A DNA stretch of 64,000 bases from a bacterium (GTDB taxonomy: Bacteria; UBA8248), in the NCBI GenBank assembly GCA_965213625.1, contig CBDBZU010000004.1:352001-416000 (forward strand), given 5' to 3'. Position 1 is the stretch's first letter, and the number at the start of each line of letters is the position of its first letter. Positions 41,023 through 50,329 of this stretch are shown in pieces. The position numbers were made by a program, and so were the translations under genes. Under the pieces are notes generated by a model. The model did no database searches. It was not told the DNA's origin and saw nothing but the letters and a program-made list of their open reading frames with translations.

Positions 41023-41430
41023 TCAGCGCGCGCCGCGCTCCTCCACGAGTCGGGTAAGCGTATCGATAATCGTTTGCGGCGGCGTATCCTGCAGCAACAC
41101 CTTGCTTACCCCCATTTTCTTGAGATTGACCACATCTTCGTCCGGCATGACGCCGCCGGCCACGACGATCATGTCATCGGCGCCCCTGGCCCGAAGCAGG
41201 TCGAATATCTTGGGGAACACGGTCATCTGCACGCCGGACAGGAGACTTACGCCAAGCACGTCGACATCTTCCTGTACGGCGGCGGTCACCACCTCTTCCG
41301 GTGAGCGGTGCAGGCCGGTATAGATCACGTCCATACCGGCGTCCCGCAGGGCGCGTGCGACTATCTTGACGCCCCGGTCGTGACCGTCGAGACCTACCTT
41401 CGCCAACAGGACGCGAATTGGCTGACTCAT
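41023..41430 (-). CDS. hcmB: 2-hydroxyisobutyryl-CoA mutase small cobalamin-binding subunit
   Basis: KVGLDGHDRG DxHxxG motif, SLLSG, GG; ends RGAR. Confidence 0.9.
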   Translation of the reverse strand: MSQPIRVLLAKVGLDGHDRGVKIVARALRDAGMDVIYTGLHRSPEEVVTAAVQEDVDVLGVSLLSGVQMTVFPKIFDLLRARGADDMIVVAGGVMPDEDVVNLKKMGVSKVLLQDTPPQTIIDTLTRLVEERGAR

Positions 41431-41612
41431 GAGGCGTTCCTCATCGGGTTCTTTTCTGTATGCGAAATCAGTATACAACCTGCACAAAAAAACACCATAC
41501 CTTCAACGGGAAACAGAACCGGCACACAGGAAGAAACCATCTCGTGGACGCTCTTGTTCACCCGGATGAACGTATGAATTTTCCTCAGGCTGCCATTAAA
41601 CCGCGGGCGCAT

Positions 41613-41661
41613 CGAATAACGAAGGCGCCGCCGGACTCACCGGCGGCGCCTTCGTTATTCG
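41613..41661. terminator. Perfect 22-bp stem hairpin
   Basis: CGAATAACGAAGGCGCCGCCGG-ACTCA-CCGGCGGCGCCTTCGTTATTCG just downstream of the 41675 stop. Confidence 0.65.
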
Positions 41662-41674
41662 GGATGCAGCCTGC

Positions 41675-41962
41675 TCACCACCGCTTGAAATCCTTGAGGA
41701 GCACGCCGCTCTCGGGGTCTTCATCACCTGTGGGTTCTTTGAGGCTCGCCTCGAGGCTTACCTCGGTTGAGGCGCCGAGCTTCCAGCGCACGCCGGCGCG
41801 CCAGGTCTCCGCGTTTTCCGAGTACGCCACGCCCGTAAACGGCGTCAGCAGCCCGCGCGGGGCGTCGAGGCCGTAGGCCAAAGCCACGTCGATGGCCGTG
41901 AAGGTGGAGGCCGCCGTGGTCACCACGTCCTCGATAATGGCGACTTTTAACTTGTAGGCCAT
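41675..41962 (-). pseudogene. Chimeric remnant: phosphoribosyltransferase (PyrE-like) fragment fused to outer-membrane beta-barrel C-terminus
   Basis: KVAIIEDVVTTAAS PRPP-loop then YGLDAPRGLLTPFTG..WRAGVRW..ending RW. Confidence 0.6.
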
Positions 41963-42560
41963 TTAATAATAAATTGATTTTTCCTTTGAGATTCATTTCC
42001 GTCCGTTTAGAGGAAACAGGTTATTTTCAACGGACCAGAAATCCCGTTACCCTGCTGATAGCATTGATATATCTTCATTGGCAGAAATTCTGTTTGTAAT
42101 TTGTTAACTACGATATGTAATCAAAACGGAAACGAGAAAATTCTAACTCCTGCGTAGACTGGCGGGTCCAGTTCGTATTTTTATCGAGAATCCGGTTCAC
42201 TATGACTTGCTTGCGCTTGTACCTTGTCCTCAATCAGCGGCGGCATTCATTACGCTCTTACCAAGAAGAACGCACCTGCACAGAAGACAGTAGCCAATCC
42301 TCCAATATCGTTGCGCTCAGGCGGAGAATAATTGCAGAATGACAATCAGGATAATCTGCTTGCCTGAGCCATTTCGAAATCTTACACCGAGATGATGGCG
42401 TCTAACGGTCATCACTTTGACCCGATATGAAACGATATCCAAGGGTAAAAAGTCGATACTGCTAGTAGTTTCACAAGAGGCGATATCTGCTTGCGTCTCC
42501 CTTCTCATTGAGGCCAAGGGACCGATAACCGGAGTCGAAAGGCCGCATGGGCCGCTCTTC

Positions 42561-42589
42561 TTGACACGCATACCGCCCCTCGCTAGGTT
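42561..42589 (+). promoter_or_regulatory. Sigma70-type promoter upstream of cupin-hydrolase pair
   Basis: TTGACA-17bp-TAGGTT; matches 3862-3890. Confidence 0.6.
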
Positions 42590-42699
42590 GCCGGAAATCA
42601 TCATAATGATGCCGCGTCTCGCTAGACGCCCTCCTCGGCGGGGATGGGCGTCATCATCGAAGACGGCAATATTACCAGCCTTATCCTGAGGGGAACCCT

Positions 42700-43080
42700 A
42701 TGCCCGTTTATCGTTTCGAGGATTTGCCCACAGTGCAGCAAAACCCGAATCTCTCCAGCAACCGGGGGGAGTCCATCAAGGGCGAGCGCATGCATTTCTG
42801 CCACAGGAAGCGTCCCGAGGGTACGAAAGCCGAGCCGCACTATCACCCCTGCGAACCGTTCATCTATGTGTTGAAAGGCCGCCAGCGCATCACGGTGGAT
42901 GGCGAAGAACACATGGCGGGACCGGGGGACGGCATCCACATACCGACGAACGCCGTGCACTCAACGGTCGCTTTGGATGACATGGAAACCATTTACGTCA
43001 AGGACACCTCCTGGAGTCTCAAGGGCGTACCCGCAGGCGAGGCGGCTCCCGACGCGCCTCCCGAAGACAACCCGTTCTAA
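42700..43080 (+). CDS. Cupin domain protein
   Basis: PHYHPCEPF...HIPTNAVH. Confidence 0.9.
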   Translation: MPVYRFEDLPTVQQNPNLSSNRGESIKGERMHFCHRKRPEGTKAEPHYHPCEPFIYVLKGRQRITVDGEEHMAGPGDGIHIPTNAVHSTVALDDMETIYVKDTSWSLKGVPAGEAAPDAPPEDNPF

Positions 43081-43096
43081 TCTAAGAGGAAGAGTC

Positions 43097-44230
43097 ATGC
43101 ACGAATTTTTTCCCGGAAACTATATGCGCTCGTTCGTCACCTGCATCTCGCTGAGCTGCGGGGGCAGCGTGGACGAGATAGACCGCATCGTGAAGAATTT
43201 AGAAGGTACCGACCCTGCCGACAACGAGGCGTGGCACCGCGAGTGGACGGCCATGGCGGAGCGCGTGGAGAAAATCGGCACAGAGGCGGCCGAGCGCAAT
43301 CGTCGCCTCACGGCCTCTCGCGCCTTTTTCCGCGCGTGCAACTACTATCTCTACGGGGAGCGCTTTTTGCCGCCCACGAACGAGAAGAAAATCCCGAGCT
43401 ACAAGAAAGCGCTCGCGTGTTTCGATAAAGCCATCGCGAACGACAACGCGCTCAATCTGGAGAAAGTCGAGGTTCCCTGCGAGGGGCAGACCCTGCCGGG
43501 ATTTTTCATGAAGCCCGAAAGCGAGGGGAGGGACTACCCTGTCGTCATCTTCGTGGGCGGTCTCGACAGCACGAAGGAGAGCCAGTACTTCATGGCGGCG
43601 GCGGACATCATCGCGCGGGGGATGGCGTGCCTCATCGTCGATACGCCGGGCATCGGCGAGGCGCTCAGGTTGAGAAACATCCGCACCCGTCACGATTATG
43701 AAGTCGCAGGCGCCGCCTTGGTCGATTATCTGGAAACCAGAGAAGACGTGGACGCAAGCCGCATCGGCCTCGTGGGTCTGAGCATGGGCGGGTACTACGC
43801 GCCGCGCATCGCCGCCTTCGAGAAGCGAATCAGCGCCTGCGCCGCCTGGGCGGGGCACGGAGATTACTACCCCATCTGGTACGAACGCCTGAGAGTCCCC
43901 ACCGGCATCGGGCAGTTCCGGCCCAGTCCCAAGTTCCAGATCCTCTGGGTGCTGGGGGTCGAGACGGCGGATGAGGTGCTGGAGGAGATGAAGAAGTTCA
44001 CCATCGAAAAAGAAGCGGCGCAGATTCAGTGCCCCTTCCTCATCACCCACGGGGAGGGCGACCGGCAGACGCCTGCGTCCGAAGCGCAAAAGCTCTACGA
44101 CGCCGTGGGCGCAGAGGATAAGACCATCCGCATCTTCACGCACGAGGAAGGCGGGGCGGAGCACTGCCACTTCGACAACATCGAACTCGGCAGAAGTTTT
44201 ATACTGGACTGGTTCGCCGAGAAGCTTTAA
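43097..44230 (+). CDS. Alpha/beta hydrolase, FrsA/DHPON-hydrolase-like (paralog 2)
   Basis: GGLDSTKE, GLSMGGYYAPR, HGEGDRQ, GGAEHCH. Confidence 0.88.
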   Translation: MHEFFPGNYMRSFVTCISLSCGGSVDEIDRIVKNLEGTDPADNEAWHREWTAMAERVEKIGTEAAERNRRLTASRAFFRACNYYLYGERFLPPTNEKKIPSYKKALACFDKAIANDNALNLEKVEVPCEGQTLPGFFMKPESEGRDYPVVIFVGGLDSTKESQYFMAAADIIARGMACLIVDTPGIGEALRLRNIRTRHDYEVAGAALVDYLETREDVDASRIGLVGLSMGGYYAPRIAAFEKRISACAAWAGHGDYYPIWYERLRVPTGIGQFRPSPKFQILWVLGVETADEVLEEMKKFTIEKEAAQIQCPFLITHGEGDRQTPASEAQKLYDAVGAEDKTIRIFTHEEGGAEHCHFDNIELGRSFILDWFAEKL

Positions 44231-44326
44231 TCAGGCCGGCAGCGTGCTGAACACACGTCATCGCGGCATGTTCTCAGGGCGAATCCAGAAGCGTTATTGG
44301 GAATCAAAGCGGCGTATCGTTCATGT

Positions 44327-45301
44327 TTACAGCGTGAGGACGATTTTCCCGAGAAACTTCCCGCTCAACATCTGTTCATGCGCCGCATTGGCCTCGGCCA
44401 GCGGAAAGACGGCGCCTAAATGCACCTTGAAGCTCCCGTCGCGCAGCATGGGCAGGTAGCGCGGCACGACTTCGGGCATCTTGCGGGCGAGGTTGACGCC
44501 GGTAACGCCGAAAATACGCGCATCCTTCGTCATCACAGCGGGGACGCGAAAGCCCGCGCGCTGCTCCTTGCCGAGACCCGCTCCCATCACGACGATACGC
44601 CCGTCCACGCAGATGGCGTCGAGGTCCTTGTCGAAGTTGTCGAAGGCGGCGCACTCGATTATCACGTCCACGCCGCGCCCGCCGGTCAACGCGAGGCAAC
44701 GCTCGGCGAAATCCTCCCGTCGGTAGTCGATTGTTTCCTCCGCCCCCAGCTTCCGGCAGAACGCCGCCTTCTCTTCCGAACTCACCGTGGCGAACACCCT
44801 GCAGCCCATGCGCCGGGCGAGTTGCACCGCCGCGGATCCTACGCCGCCCGCACCGCCGTGCACCAGGACGCTCTCCCCCGGCCCGGCTTTGGCCTTGATG
44901 ACCAGCGCGTTCCATGCCGTCCTCAGACCCAGCGTGACGCCCGCCGCCTCTTCGTGCGTCATGTTCTCTGGCACGACCGCCGCCGCAGGGGCGCGCAGCC
45001 GCACCACCTCCGCGTAGGCCCCGCCCGCGCAGGCGCCGAATACGCGCTGGCCGACCTCGAAGCCCGCCACGCCCTCGCCGATTCCGATCACCTCGCCCGA
45101 GGCCTCGAGACCGGGAACATAGGGCGGCGTATGGTGGCCCGAGTGGTGGCTTTTGCCCGAACGGGTGGCGACGTCGCTCGGGTTCACGCCCGCAGCCCTT
45201 AAGTGCACCAGCAACTCATCCGGGCCGGGCTCAGGTATTTCCACCTCTTCCAGCCGCATCGGAGTCTCCAGACCGAACGCCTGCACACGCATCGCCTTCA
45301 T
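44327..45301 (-). CDS. NADPH:quinone reductase (MDR family)
   Basis: GVNPSD, PGLEASG, HGGAGGVG, GKIVL. Confidence 0.92.
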   Translation of the reverse strand: MKAMRVQAFGLETPMRLEEVEIPEPGPDELLVHLRAAGVNPSDVATRSGKSHHSGHHTPPYVPGLEASGEVIGIGEGVAGFEVGQRVFGACAGGAYAEVVRLRAPAAAVVPENMTHEEAAGVTLGLRTAWNALVIKAKAGPGESVLVHGGAGGVGSAAVQLARRMGCRVFATVSSEEKAAFCRKLGAEETIDYRREDFAERCLALTGGRGVDVIIECAAFDNFDKDLDAICVDGRIVVMGAGLGKEQRAGFRVPAVMTKDARIFGVTGVNLARKMPEVVPRYLPMLRDGSFKVHLGAVFPLAEANAAHEQMLSGKFLGKIVLTL

Positions 45302-45336
45302 GGGACGTCTCCTCGTTCGGGAGCCTCAAGGCTCCC

Positions 45337-46326
45337 TCAACTCTCCAGAAAGTTCTCCACCTCGAGGTAGAGTTCCTCTCGTCTTTTCTCCCATTCCATG
45401 TAGTGCGTGCCGTCGCCGATGACGACGAAGCGCTTGCCCCGGCTGTTCGTCATCTTCCCGAATAAATCCCATGCTTCGGCCTCGTTTACCGAACCGTCGT
45501 AGTCTCCAAAGATGAGCAGCGCCGGGCAGCGCAGCTTCGCCGCGTCGTAGGCGGGAATCCCCCGCGCGCGGTCGAACAGGTCGGCATACGAGCCGTTGGG
45601 CGATTTCACCGCCGAGGGCCGCCGGCCCGCCCCCTCGGGGCTGTAGTACAGGCGCGTCTCCCACACCGCGCGCACCACGTGCCGCTCCCGCCAGCGGTGG
45701 TGCCGCGTCCCCGGAATATGGCCCCACCAACGCCTGTGGAGGTCGGCTTCCGTCGTCCAGAACCACGCGCCGAGTTTCTCGTTGAAATGGCCGGGGCGTT
45801 CGGGGTCCTCGAACTGCTCGGCCCGCGCGGGGTTCACGCCCGCGTAGTAGGGGGCGTAGAGCACGATCTTTCGTACTTGTGGGTTGTGGGCCGAGGCGAA
45901 GGTGGGAACCGTGGTCGAGCCCCACGAGCGCCCGAGGATGTTCACCTTATCCACCTCGCGCAAATTCCGGATAAAGCGCACTGCCGCGCCGATGTCGCGC
46001 GCCGCGGTATAACCCCGGATGGCGGGCGGTTTGCCGACCGGGTCATCGATCATCTCCCGGGGATAGGTGGAATAGCCAAAACCGCGCACCGAGACGGCAA
46101 AGACGTCGTAGCCGCGCGAGGCCAGGCGATCCATCCAGGAATACCCCGGCACGGGCAGGTCGAACACCACGGGGGCCGCCGGTCCGCGCCCGTGCACCAG
46201 CAGGAGCGTCTCGGCAGGCGTGAAGCGGCGCTTTCCCCTGGGGCGCTTTTCGCGCACGTGGAGCCGGATGCCCTTATCGAAGGCGTCGATGTAGTGATCC
46301 TCACAGGCTATTTTGGCAGACGCCAT
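45337..46326 (-). CDS. Alpha/beta fold hydrolase (different subfamily)
   Basis: LLVHG, FDLPVPGYSW, RGFGYS, GRSWG, GTH. Confidence 0.85.
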   Translation of the reverse strand: MASAKIACEDHYIDAFDKGIRLHVREKRPRGKRRFTPAETLLLVHGRGPAAPVVFDLPVPGYSWMDRLASRGYDVFAVSVRGFGYSTYPREMIDDPVGKPPAIRGYTAARDIGAAVRFIRNLREVDKVNILGRSWGSTTVPTFASAHNPQVRKIVLYAPYYAGVNPARAEQFEDPERPGHFNEKLGAWFWTTEADLHRRWWGHIPGTRHHRWRERHVVRAVWETRLYYSPEGAGRRPSAVKSPNGSYADLFDRARGIPAYDAAKLRCPALLIFGDYDGSVNEAEAWDLFGKMTNSRGKRFVVIGDGTHYMEWEKRREELYLEVENFLES

Positions 46327-47375
46327 TATCCGGTCTCCTTATCCGTAGTCTCACTCACCGCCACCTCTCTCCACACCCTCGGAAACACCTCCTCGGCCAT
46401 AAGCCTCATGGTGTCGAGCGCGAGCGCGTGGGGCATGCCCGGCCACTGGAGGCTGATGATGAGATGGTTCACGCCCAGGCGGCGGTTAAGCCGCGTGATC
46501 TGCCCGGCCACGTCGTCGGGCGAACCCAGGATGAAGCGGTCCTTGATCAATTCCTCCAACTGGACGCCGAAATCGTTGTCCCCCTCCGGCATGGCCTTGT
46601 CCTGCCCCCACTCGTGGTAGGAGTCATATTTTTTCTTGAGGAAGGGCCCGCACAGGCGAAGCACTTCCTCGCGACTTTCCGCCACGAACACCTCCCGGCG
46701 CATGGGAATTTCCTGAGGCGGCGAATGGCCCGCCTCATCCAATGCCTCGCAGAATACCTCCATCTGCCGCTCGATGGTGTCCAGCCGGTTGTGGGGGTTG
46801 ATGTACCAGGGAAGGCCAAGACGCCCCGCGCGCCTGATGCCCCCATCCGCGTTCGCGCCGATCCAGATGGGCGGGTGCGGTTTCTGGAGCGGCTTTGCCG
46901 AGCACGAAGCGCCGTCCAATTCGAAGTGCGACCCCCGCATCCAGACCTTCTCCTCGCTCCAGAGGCGGCGGATGGCTTCGAGATTTTCGTTGAAGCGGTG
47001 CAGGCTCTCTTTTTTACTGGTTCCGAATGCCTTGAACTCCACCTCGCGGTAGCCGAGTCCTACGCCCACGGTGAGCTTGCCGCCGGATATCACGTCGATT
47101 GTCGCCAGTTGTTCGGCCAGATCGAGCGGCTTGTGCAGCGGGAGGAGAATAATCCCCGCGACGAGGCGAAGCTCCGGCGCTTCGGCGGCGACGCGGGTCA
47201 GGAAAGGAAGCTGCTGAAAGCCCTGAAAGGGATGGGTGCTGTAGTGCGAACCCTTGGTGATGGAGGCGAAGCCTATGTCGCGCGCAAGGCGCACCTGTTC
47301 CAGGTGCTCTTCCAGGCGAGCGCGCATGTCGTCGCCCCGGGCGAAGTTGCCCCTCAGCATGAGGCCGAATTGCAT
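46326..47375 (-). CDS. LLM-class flavin-dependent oxidoreductase
   Basis: AEQLATIDVISGG, GLGYREVEF, KPLQKPHPPIWIGA. Confidence 0.93.
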   Translation of the reverse strand: MQFGLMLRGNFARGDDMRARLEEHLEQVRLARDIGFASITKGSHYSTHPFQGFQQLPFLTRVAAEAPELRLVAGIILLPLHKPLDLAEQLATIDVISGGKLTVGVGLGYREVEFKAFGTSKKESLHRFNENLEAIRRLWSEEKVWMRGSHFELDGASCSAKPLQKPHPPIWIGANADGGIRRAGRLGLPWYINPHNRLDTIERQMEVFCEALDEAGHSPPQEIPMRREVFVAESREEVLRLCGPFLKKKYDSYHEWGQDKAMPEGDNDFGVQLEELIKDRFILGSPDDVAGQITRLNRRLGVNHLIISLQWPGMPHALALDTMRLMAEEVFPRVWREVAVSETTDKETG

Positions 47376-47416
47376 GGCGTAGCCCTTCCCTCGTAAGCGC
47401 AAGACGGTCGGCGTTC

Positions 47417-47456
47417 AAAAAAAACCGCGAGGGAGCATGCCGCTCCCCCGCGGTTT
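47417..47456 (-). terminator. Rho-independent terminator after ABC substrate-binding gene
   Basis: Minus-strand GC stem followed by T8. Confidence 0.8.
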
Positions 47457-47469
47457 GATGCCGCTCGGA

Positions 47470-49014
47470 TTAGTTCTTCATCTTCTTCATGTCGATTTCC
47501 CACGCGAAGAACGTCTCATCGTGCCTCGGCTTGAATCCAAGCGCCTTCTTGTAGGCGAAGATGTCGTTCGTCTTGTAGAGAATCTTGAACAGCGCCTTCT
47601 TCTTGATGAGCGCGGTCACCTTCTGGAACTCCATGTGCTGTTTCTTGAGGTCGGCCGTGGCCGCGGCCTTGTCGATGGCCGCATCCATGTCCTTCATGCA
47701 GTGGACGCTGGAGTGGCCCCGGCAGGAGGACGTCGCCCGCGTGATACCGCCCGGGTCGCCGCCCGCGTTTCCGTAGCCTTGCAGGAACATCGCCACACCC
47801 TTCTTTTTCTTCTGGAACGCCTTGCGCGTCTTCTTCCAGAGGGGATAGGGCATCGTGCGGCAGATGGTGTCGATCTTGATGCGCTTCAGGAAGCCGGCGA
47901 TGGCCTCACAGCTTTTCACGTCGCCCGGATACCGGCCGATGGTGCCGTAAATTGTCGCCTTGAAGCCTTTTTCGTAGCCTGCTTCCTTCATGAGGGCCTT
48001 CGCCTTGTTGATGTCGAAGCCGTACCACTTGTCCTCGGGGTTGTAGCCCGCGAAGTTCCACGGATGGTAGAGCGAACCCCAGAGCTTCGCCCGTCCGGCG
48101 AGGAAGGTGGTGCGCAGAAGATCGGCGTCGATGGCGTAGTTCACGGCGAGGCGCACCTTTTGATTTGCGAAGGGGCCGCCCTGGCGCGTCACCATGGAGA
48201 CGAACATCATCCGCACGGCGGGCACGTCGGCCACGGCGAGTTTCGCGTCTTTCTCGAGCTGCGGGATGAACTGGGGCTTGACCTTCATGACCATGTCCAC
48301 CTCACCCTTCTGGAGGGCCTTCACGCGGGTGGTGGCCTCTTTGATCCCGCGCACGATGACGGTCTTCGCCCGGTTGGGGTATTGCGAGTTGCCCCACCAG
48401 TTGGGGTTCGCCTCGAACACCATCTTGCGGCCCTTGGCCCATTCCTTGAGGATGTAGGGGCCGGAGCCGAAGGTTTTTCTCGAAATAACGGACCACTCCA
48501 GGCCCTTCGCCTTAAGAGACATGATGTGGCCGAAGCGCCCCAGGCGGTTCAGCAAGCCGTTGTCGGGCACCTTGCTGTGCCAGATGAAGCGGTGGGGGCC
48601 GACTATCTCGATGCGGTCGAACGCCTTGAAGAAGACCCGCTGACGGCTTTTCTTGTTCATGATGCGCGTCATCGAGAACTTCACGTTCTCAGACGTGAGT
48701 TCGGAACCGTCGGCGAACTTCACGCCCTTGCGCAGCCAGAACTCCACCTTCTTGGGGCTGTGAATCTTCCATTTCGTGGCGAGCCAGGGCTTGCGTTTTC
48801 CGGTGCCCGCTTCGGCGGAAACGAGCGTGTCGTAAGACCAGCGCCAGAGCATCGTGCCGATGAAATTCGACTTGGGATGCGGGTCCATCGTGGGCGTGAC
48901 GCCCGGAAGCGCGATCACGAGTTTACCCGCGGCCATGGCATGCGCCTTCGGCGCGGCCATGAGGCCTGTACCGACGATGAGAACCGCCAGCAGAACAACC
49001 ATCCATTTACGCAT
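47470..49014 (-). CDS. Family 5 (Dpp/Opp) ABC substrate-binding protein
   Basis: Signal peptide, MDPH, PWLATKW, LRKGVKFADG, GSGPY, VRLAVNYAID. Confidence 0.92.
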   Translation of the reverse strand: MRKWMVVLLAVLIVGTGLMAAPKAHAMAAGKLVIALPGVTPTMDPHPKSNFIGTMLWRWSYDTLVSAEAGTGKRKPWLATKWKIHSPKKVEFWLRKGVKFADGSELTSENVKFSMTRIMNKKSRQRVFFKAFDRIEIVGPHRFIWHSKVPDNGLLNRLGRFGHIMSLKAKGLEWSVISRKTFGSGPYILKEWAKGRKMVFEANPNWWGNSQYPNRAKTVIVRGIKEATTRVKALQKGEVDMVMKVKPQFIPQLEKDAKLAVADVPAVRMMFVSMVTRQGGPFANQKVRLAVNYAIDADLLRTTFLAGRAKLWGSLYHPWNFAGYNPEDKWYGFDINKAKALMKEAGYEKGFKATIYGTIGRYPGDVKSCEAIAGFLKRIKIDTICRTMPYPLWKKTRKAFQKKKKGVAMFLQGYGNAGGDPGGITRATSSCRGHSSVHCMKDMDAAIDKAAATADLKKQHMEFQKVTALIKKKALFKILYKTNDIFAYKKALGFKPRHDETFFAWEIDMKKMKN

Positions 49015-49216
49015 CACAGACGTCCTCCCTTTCTTGTTGAATTGAAATCATGGAACCAGATAGAAACTCCTCTTGAAACCACTTGCACGAAAAAACCAAC
49101 GATGACGGCACGATACACATGCCGATTATCGTCTTGATCTGGAAACGCCTTCGCCTTTCAGGAGAGCACGCATCTAAAGGATGGGCTTTCTGTTTGACAA
49201 GCGTTGATCGATTCGA

Positions 49217-49233
49217 CTTATAATAAATATAAG
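49217..49233. promoter_or_regulatory. Operator-like palindrome in divergent promoter
   Basis: CTTATA-N5-TATAAG overlapping TATAAT; TTGACA at 49194. Confidence 0.4.
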
Positions 49234-49380
49234 AGCATTATAGAGAAATACGTCTTTACTGCACAAGCGCGTCTTCCTCATTTTCCGCATCGGCTCCAGG
49301 CCCATCCAGGAAGATTTCGGGGACGCTCTTTTGAGTGGCACGCGTCCGCCACCCGAGGGCGAGCAAGAAAAGGTCGAACC

Positions 49381-50316
49381 ATGCGCGCATACATAATCCG
49401 CCGGTTGCTGCAGAGCCTCATCGTCATCAAGGTGGTGCTTGTCGTCGTCTTCGTGATGCTTCACTTGACGGGCGACCCCGCCGACGTGCTGATGCCCGAG
49501 GATTCCACGCTCGAGGACGTGGCCGAATTCAAGAAAGCCATGGGCTTCGACAAACCGCTCCACGTGCAGTATTTCAACTTCCTCTTCGGCTTCGGGAAGA
49601 GCAAGGGAGTGCTCAGGGGGGATTTCGGCTTTTCGTTCCGCCACGAGCTGCCGGCTGTGGACCTTGTGTTCGAGCATTTTCCGGCGACCATCGATCTGGC
49701 CCTCGTCGCCGTCATCATCTCGATAGTCGTCGCCCTGCCTACAGGCATACTCTCGGCCACGTTCCGAAACACCTGGATCGACTACGTGAGTTCGATCGGC
49801 TCGATGTTCGGCCAGTCGATGCCGAACTTCTGGCTCGGCCTCATGCTCATCCTCATCTTCGCCGTCGGCCTCGATCTCCTGCCCACCTCGGGTTATGAGG
49901 GATGGGAGTACATCATCCTCCCCGCGCTCACGGCGGGTCTCTACCAGACGGCGCGCATCATGCGGGTCGTGCGCTCGGGTATGCTGGAGGTGCTGGGCAG
50001 CGACTACATACAGACGGCGCGTTCGAAGGGCGTCTCGGAGTATCTCGTCATCGTGCGCCACGCGCTCAAGAACGCCTCCATCCCAGTCGTCACGCTCATC
50101 GGGCTGGAACTCGGCGTGCTGCTCGGCGGCACGGTCGTCACGGAGGCCGTCTTCGCGTGGCCAGGCGTGGGCTTTCTGGTGATAGACGCCATCAACAACC
50201 AGGACTATCCCGTCGTTCAGGCGGCGGTGACGCTGCTCGCGCTCATTTTCGTGGGCATCAACCTGATCGTGGACATCATCTATGCGTGGCTCGACCCGCG
50301 CATCGTGTACGGTTAA
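49381..50316 (+). CDS. Dpp/Opp ABC permease (DppB-like)
   Basis: GDPA, GDFG.S, MPNFW, TARSKG, DYPVVQ, DPRI. Confidence 0.95.
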   Translation: MRAYIIRRLLQSLIVIKVVLVVVFVMLHLTGDPADVLMPEDSTLEDVAEFKKAMGFDKPLHVQYFNFLFGFGKSKGVLRGDFGFSFRHELPAVDLVFEHFPATIDLALVAVIISIVVALPTGILSATFRNTWIDYVSSIGSMFGQSMPNFWLGLMLILIFAVGLDLLPTSGYEGWEYIILPALTAGLYQTARIMRVVRSGMLEVLGSDYIQTARSKGVSEYLVIVRHALKNASIPVVTLIGLELGVLLGGTVVTEAVFAWPGVGFLVIDAINNQDYPVVQAAVTLLALIFVGINLIVDIIYAWLDPRIVYG

Positions 50317-50329
50317 CGGGAGAGAGATT

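Noticed and set aside
41431-41612. Cobalamin riboswitch upstream of hcmB
   Set aside because: No B12-box or other conserved elements seen on the minus strand
32139-49137. Long alternative-frame or antisense ORFs (e.g. 32139-33857, 32570-34237, 47437-49137; also 13477-15015)
   Set aside because: Shadows of GC-rich real genes with no recognisable motifs
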